Assembly: GCA_040437565.1 (NCBI GenBank)
Contig: JBDOQK010000071.1
Location: 62,001 to 126,000 of the forward strand
Origin: Albugo candida
Lineage: Eukaryota
Direction: 5' to 3'
DNA: 64,000 nucleotides
Every line of letters starts with the position of its first letter. The stretch's first letter is position 1. The notes below the pieces were generated by a model. That model searched no databases. It was not told the origin of the DNA and saw only the letters and a list, made by a program, of their open reading frames with translations. Shown here piece after piece: positions 60,961 to 64,000 of the stretch. The position numbers were made by a program, and so were the translations under genes.

Positions 60961-62177
60961 ATGACAGAAACGTCAGAAACATACAATTGGCGCCTTCAAA
61001 CCGAAAATGACGTTCGATTACAGCAAATAAGTCAGTCAGTCAACATCCTCCTCCAAAAACTCAATGAAATCGGCACGTCTGGCGACATTACTTTGCCCAA
61101 AAAAGCTCCATTACGGCACTACCAGCAACCTGTGAACGACCAAAATATCAGCGATGAACGACATCATATCAACTACACAAGCTCTTCGAGCGAAGTCGAA
61201 GCGCATGAAATCGATCCGATGGATTATCTCAGCGATTTTGAGCCTGACGAGAGCGGGAAGAAGCATATTGCATCAGTAAATGAGGATGAAGACATGGAGC
61301 CCAAACACGATGCAATTGACACCGATAATCACTTGGAAAACGCTCAAGACGTCTCCGAAGCGGTAATAGATGCAGCTCGCACCCGTTATGCTTGAAATCA
61401 CATCCTCTTCCCGTAGGAAAAGGAATATGACGATGAAGAATGCCGAGTGTGTCATTTCGACGGGAACGAGTCTCAAATGCTTTTATGTGACAGCTGCGAT
61501 CAAGGTACCTCAATAGCGTGGTAATCCGTCACACACTAACTTCATTCTTAGCGTATCATTTGTATTGCTTACATCCTCCTCTCGATCAAATTCCTGATGG
61601 CGATTGGTTCTGTCCCAAATGCATCCAAGAAGCTCATCCTGGTCATCCACGAGTGCGTGTGTCTATAGAAGAAGACAGGCAGCCAGAGGAGATGCTTGTG
61701 GCCCCAAAGGAAGACAGGCAGCCAGAACAGATGCGTGTAGCCATGGAGGAAGAAAGGAAGCCACAAGAGATGCGTGTAGCCATGGAGGAAGACAGGAAGC
61801 CACAAGAGATGCGTGTGGACTCATCCCTCCCCACAGAGAACGCCGATAAAATCATACCACCGACGTCATTACTCGCTCCGACTGCAGATCAATTAGCGAA
61901 AGCGATTGAGAACGATATGGAAACATGCAATAATGTGCTCATTCACGCTTGTTCGTGTGAGCTAAACAACTGCGATCACGACGAGTTCGCTTCTGTATGC
62001 GTGTCAATGAAACTCTTTATGCAAAGTGCGTCATGGGCCTCACACAATTCGGATTGGATGAAATTGCAAATTGCCAATGCAACTGCAGCATTATTTGCAT
62101 ATCACTCGTTACATTGCGAAAATGCGGCGTGTCACGTACCGCTCTGTGCCGAATTACGTGAGGAAGAGTTCGTATAA
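60961..62177 (+). CDS. PHD-finger + TAZ-like zinc-finger protein, 3 exons
   Basis: CRVCHFDGNESQMLLCDSCDQ|AYHLYCLHPPLDQIPDGDWFCPKC. C-terminal LIHACSC..C..C..MK..YHSLHCENAACHVPLC. Confidence 0.8.
61654..61820 (+). repeat. Coding 39-bp tandem repeat (~4 copies)
   Basis: RVSIEEDRQPEEM/LVAPKEDRQPEQM/RVAMEEERKPQEM/RVAMEEDRKPQEM. Confidence 0.9.
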
Positions 62178-62493
62178 GTCACATACAAAACCTGTGATCT
62201 TTTATTATATATTTGTGACTTGAAGCTATTAATTATTGCGGGACGTCGACGGGTAAACCGCTACTTCAAACCCGCGGGTCAATACCCAAACCCATCACTG
62301 TCGGAACTTTAATGAGAATTATCGGATGCTCAAAATGGAGTCGTAGTGTCGCCAATACACTTGCAATTCGAACCAAAAAGGAATGCATCCATTGATCGTT
62401 GCGTTCCGTTTGTGTCGTACTCGAACCACTTTGAATACCTTTGCATTTTCGCGTCAAAAGCGAATAAATCTGATGGCATCGATGACATTTGCT

Positions 62494-64000
62494 CTACAGC
62501 ACAGTTTGTGAGATTGCTTCCTTCCTTCCATGCGACGAATGTGGTGAAGAGCGTTTCGCATCAAACGGAATCAATTGACGATGAGATGAACTTTCCACTT
62601 GACTCGCTTCGCTCTCCTTCCAATTTCTTCTGTGCGATACGTTTTCTCCACCGCATTCACTTTTTTGCATTCCAATGTCATTTCTATTGTTTGTCCGACT
62701 CGATACTGTACGTCGATCGCTTGTCGCTGTTGTCGCTATTGACTGAAGGTCTTCATCGATACCAAATGACGGGGTTTTGACTCCGATTGCGTGCAAGCTC
62801 ACGAGTTTATCTCTTCTCTTCTGAACACGTCCGACACCTAATGCGACGAGAAGAACAAGTGCTAAGGAACCAGTGATCGCAGTGATGAAAATCCACGATC
62901 GCCATAAGCGATGATTCGGATCATTGTCGTGTTCTCGGATTACCGATCCAATGACGCTGGAAGAAGCCACAAAGGCGAATGCTTGTGAGTCTGCGAGAAG
63001 GATGCTATGGCCATAAATGATCGCTTCGACGAGAATGTCTCCAGCATCATTCACAAACGCGATATTGTCGGGCTTGTCATCTCGAAAGGATGATAAACTT
63101 GCCGCTTTAGTCTCTGCTGTACGAGCGGCACGAAGTAATTGCGTGTAGGCGACTTGAACCATTTCAACGTTGTTCTTCCGATCGCGTTTTGTTCCCGACT
63201 CGACTGTGACCGGATAGAATTCTTCATCACTTCCACGGATACGAACACTCAAATCTAAATCATGTTGAAGTTGAGTTTGAGCGTGGAGTGAGCCTGGAGG
63301 ATCCGTCCATGCGATCGTCACACGAAGGTCGATATTTTTCGGAGCCATAAATGCAATGCTCACACTTTGCTGATGTGCGACGCGAGGTTCACTACCTTCC
63401 GTGCTGTTGGGTAGGAAATACACTGGCAGCGTTGTGACGTTTCTCATTGCCTCTTCGTGACGCATTATCGATGTGTTGATGAACGCAAACGTCGCGATGT
63501 TGGACAGCTTTGGTTTTCCATAGCCTTGATATACGTCGGGGAAGGATAAAGGCCACGATTTCCGTTCGGTGCCAGCACATGTAAAGGTCCCGGTGTGTGG
63601 TAAAGGTGCCATTCGAAGCGCTAATGACTCGCTACTGTGAATGATGAGTGCTTTCAGCAGTGCTGATGGGATCTTGTCCATTTTGTAAGCATAATCTCTT
63701 TGTCCATTCTTCCACCATCCGTCTCGTAACCATTCATACAAAAGCACCGCCATTCCAGTGACAGCAGGTGTCGCTTGAGACGTTCCCTGTAAAGAGCAGA
63801 TTTCCTTGCTTTTCTTGACAGAACCGCTGGGTTCAGATTGACTTGAAGTAACGAGCATTCCGGGGGCGACAACGTCAGGCTTTAGTCGTCCATCGGTTGT
63901 CGGTCCAGCAGAAGAAAAGTAGGCAACTGTGCGTTCATTGAAGAGACTCGGGCAATGGAAATTGTGGAATGTGTCGGCAGTGTTCAAAGACGCGCCAACG
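62494..64000 (-). CDS. Subtilisin-like serine protease (S8, KP-43/TagC-like) with C-terminal TM; 5' part lies beyond the window
   Basis: Motifs FSSAGPTTDGRLKPDVVAPG, catalytic GTSQATP, SALLKALIIHS, QGYG, IAWTDPPG and NNVEMV. Confidence 0.92.
   Translation of the reverse strand, partial: VGASLNTADTFHNFHCPSLFNERTVAYFSSAGPTTDGRLKPDVVAPGMLVTSSQSEPSGSVKKSKEICSLQGTSQATPAVTGMAVLLYEWLRDGWWKNGQRDYAYKMDKIPSALLKALIIHSSESLALRMAPLPHTGTFTCAGTERKSWPLSFPDVYQGYGKPKLSNIATFAFINTSIMRHEEAMRNVTTLPVYFLPNSTEGSEPRVAHQQSVSIAFMAPKNIDLRVTIAWTDPPGSLHAQTQLQHDLDLSVRIRGSDEEFYPVTVESGTKRDRKNNVEMVQVAYTQLLRAARTAETKAASLSSFRDDKPDNIAFVNDAGDILVEAIIYGHSILLADSQAFAFVASSSVIGSVIREHDNDPNHRLWRSWIFITAITGSLALVLLVALGVGRVQKRRDKLVSLHAIGVKTPSFGIDEDLQSIATTATSDRRTVSSRTNNRNDIGMQKSECGGENVSHRRNWKESEASQVESSSHRQLIPFDAKRSSPHSSHGRKEAISQTVL

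Overview
This is gene-dense eukaryotic nuclear DNA with short GT-AG introns (mostly ~50-65 nt) and very small intergenic spacers. It is most consistent with an oomycete: there is a perfect INR+FPR core promoter at 39845, CCAAT-rich spacers, TGTAAC..GTTACA LTR ends and retained flagellar genes. The compactness suggests an Albugo-like organism (inference, no database check). About 30 protein genes are recognisable: MnSOD, Tim21, a cupin-like protein, CPT1, MYG1, a PH-ankyrin-AGC kinase, BAP31-like, NOC1/MAK21, a papain-type protease, a USP deubiquitinase, NSUN6, MVD, NDUFA4/B12D-like, RPL11, HYOU1, PABPN1, STRAP, a TRF4-like nucleotidyltransferase, XPD, mtHsp70, CFAP96-like, an RFC small subunit, HSBP1, DMAP1, a TRP-like membrane protein, LPAT, THOC6, IFT74, a PHD-TAZ protein and a subtilisin. 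The scaffold has 18 gaps of 100 N. Most are flanked by direct duplications of the neighbouring sequence (unmerged contig overlaps), which create false gene duplications and frameshifts. The most notable items are: (1) a minor-spliceosome (U12-type) AT-AC intron in HSBP1; (2) an unusually long, densely base-paired 276-nt intron in RPL11 that contains a 7-nt complement of its own 5' splice site, a candidate splicing switch or hosted ncRNA; (3) a CPT1 carrying animal-type malonyl-CoA regulatory residues; (4) a TRF4-like nucleotidyltransferase with a PAM2 motif and TRAF-type Zn fingers; (5) an LTR-like element 42 bp upstream of the USP start codon. No tRNA, rRNA or CRISPR was seen. Intron boundaries were read by eye and may be off by a few nt.
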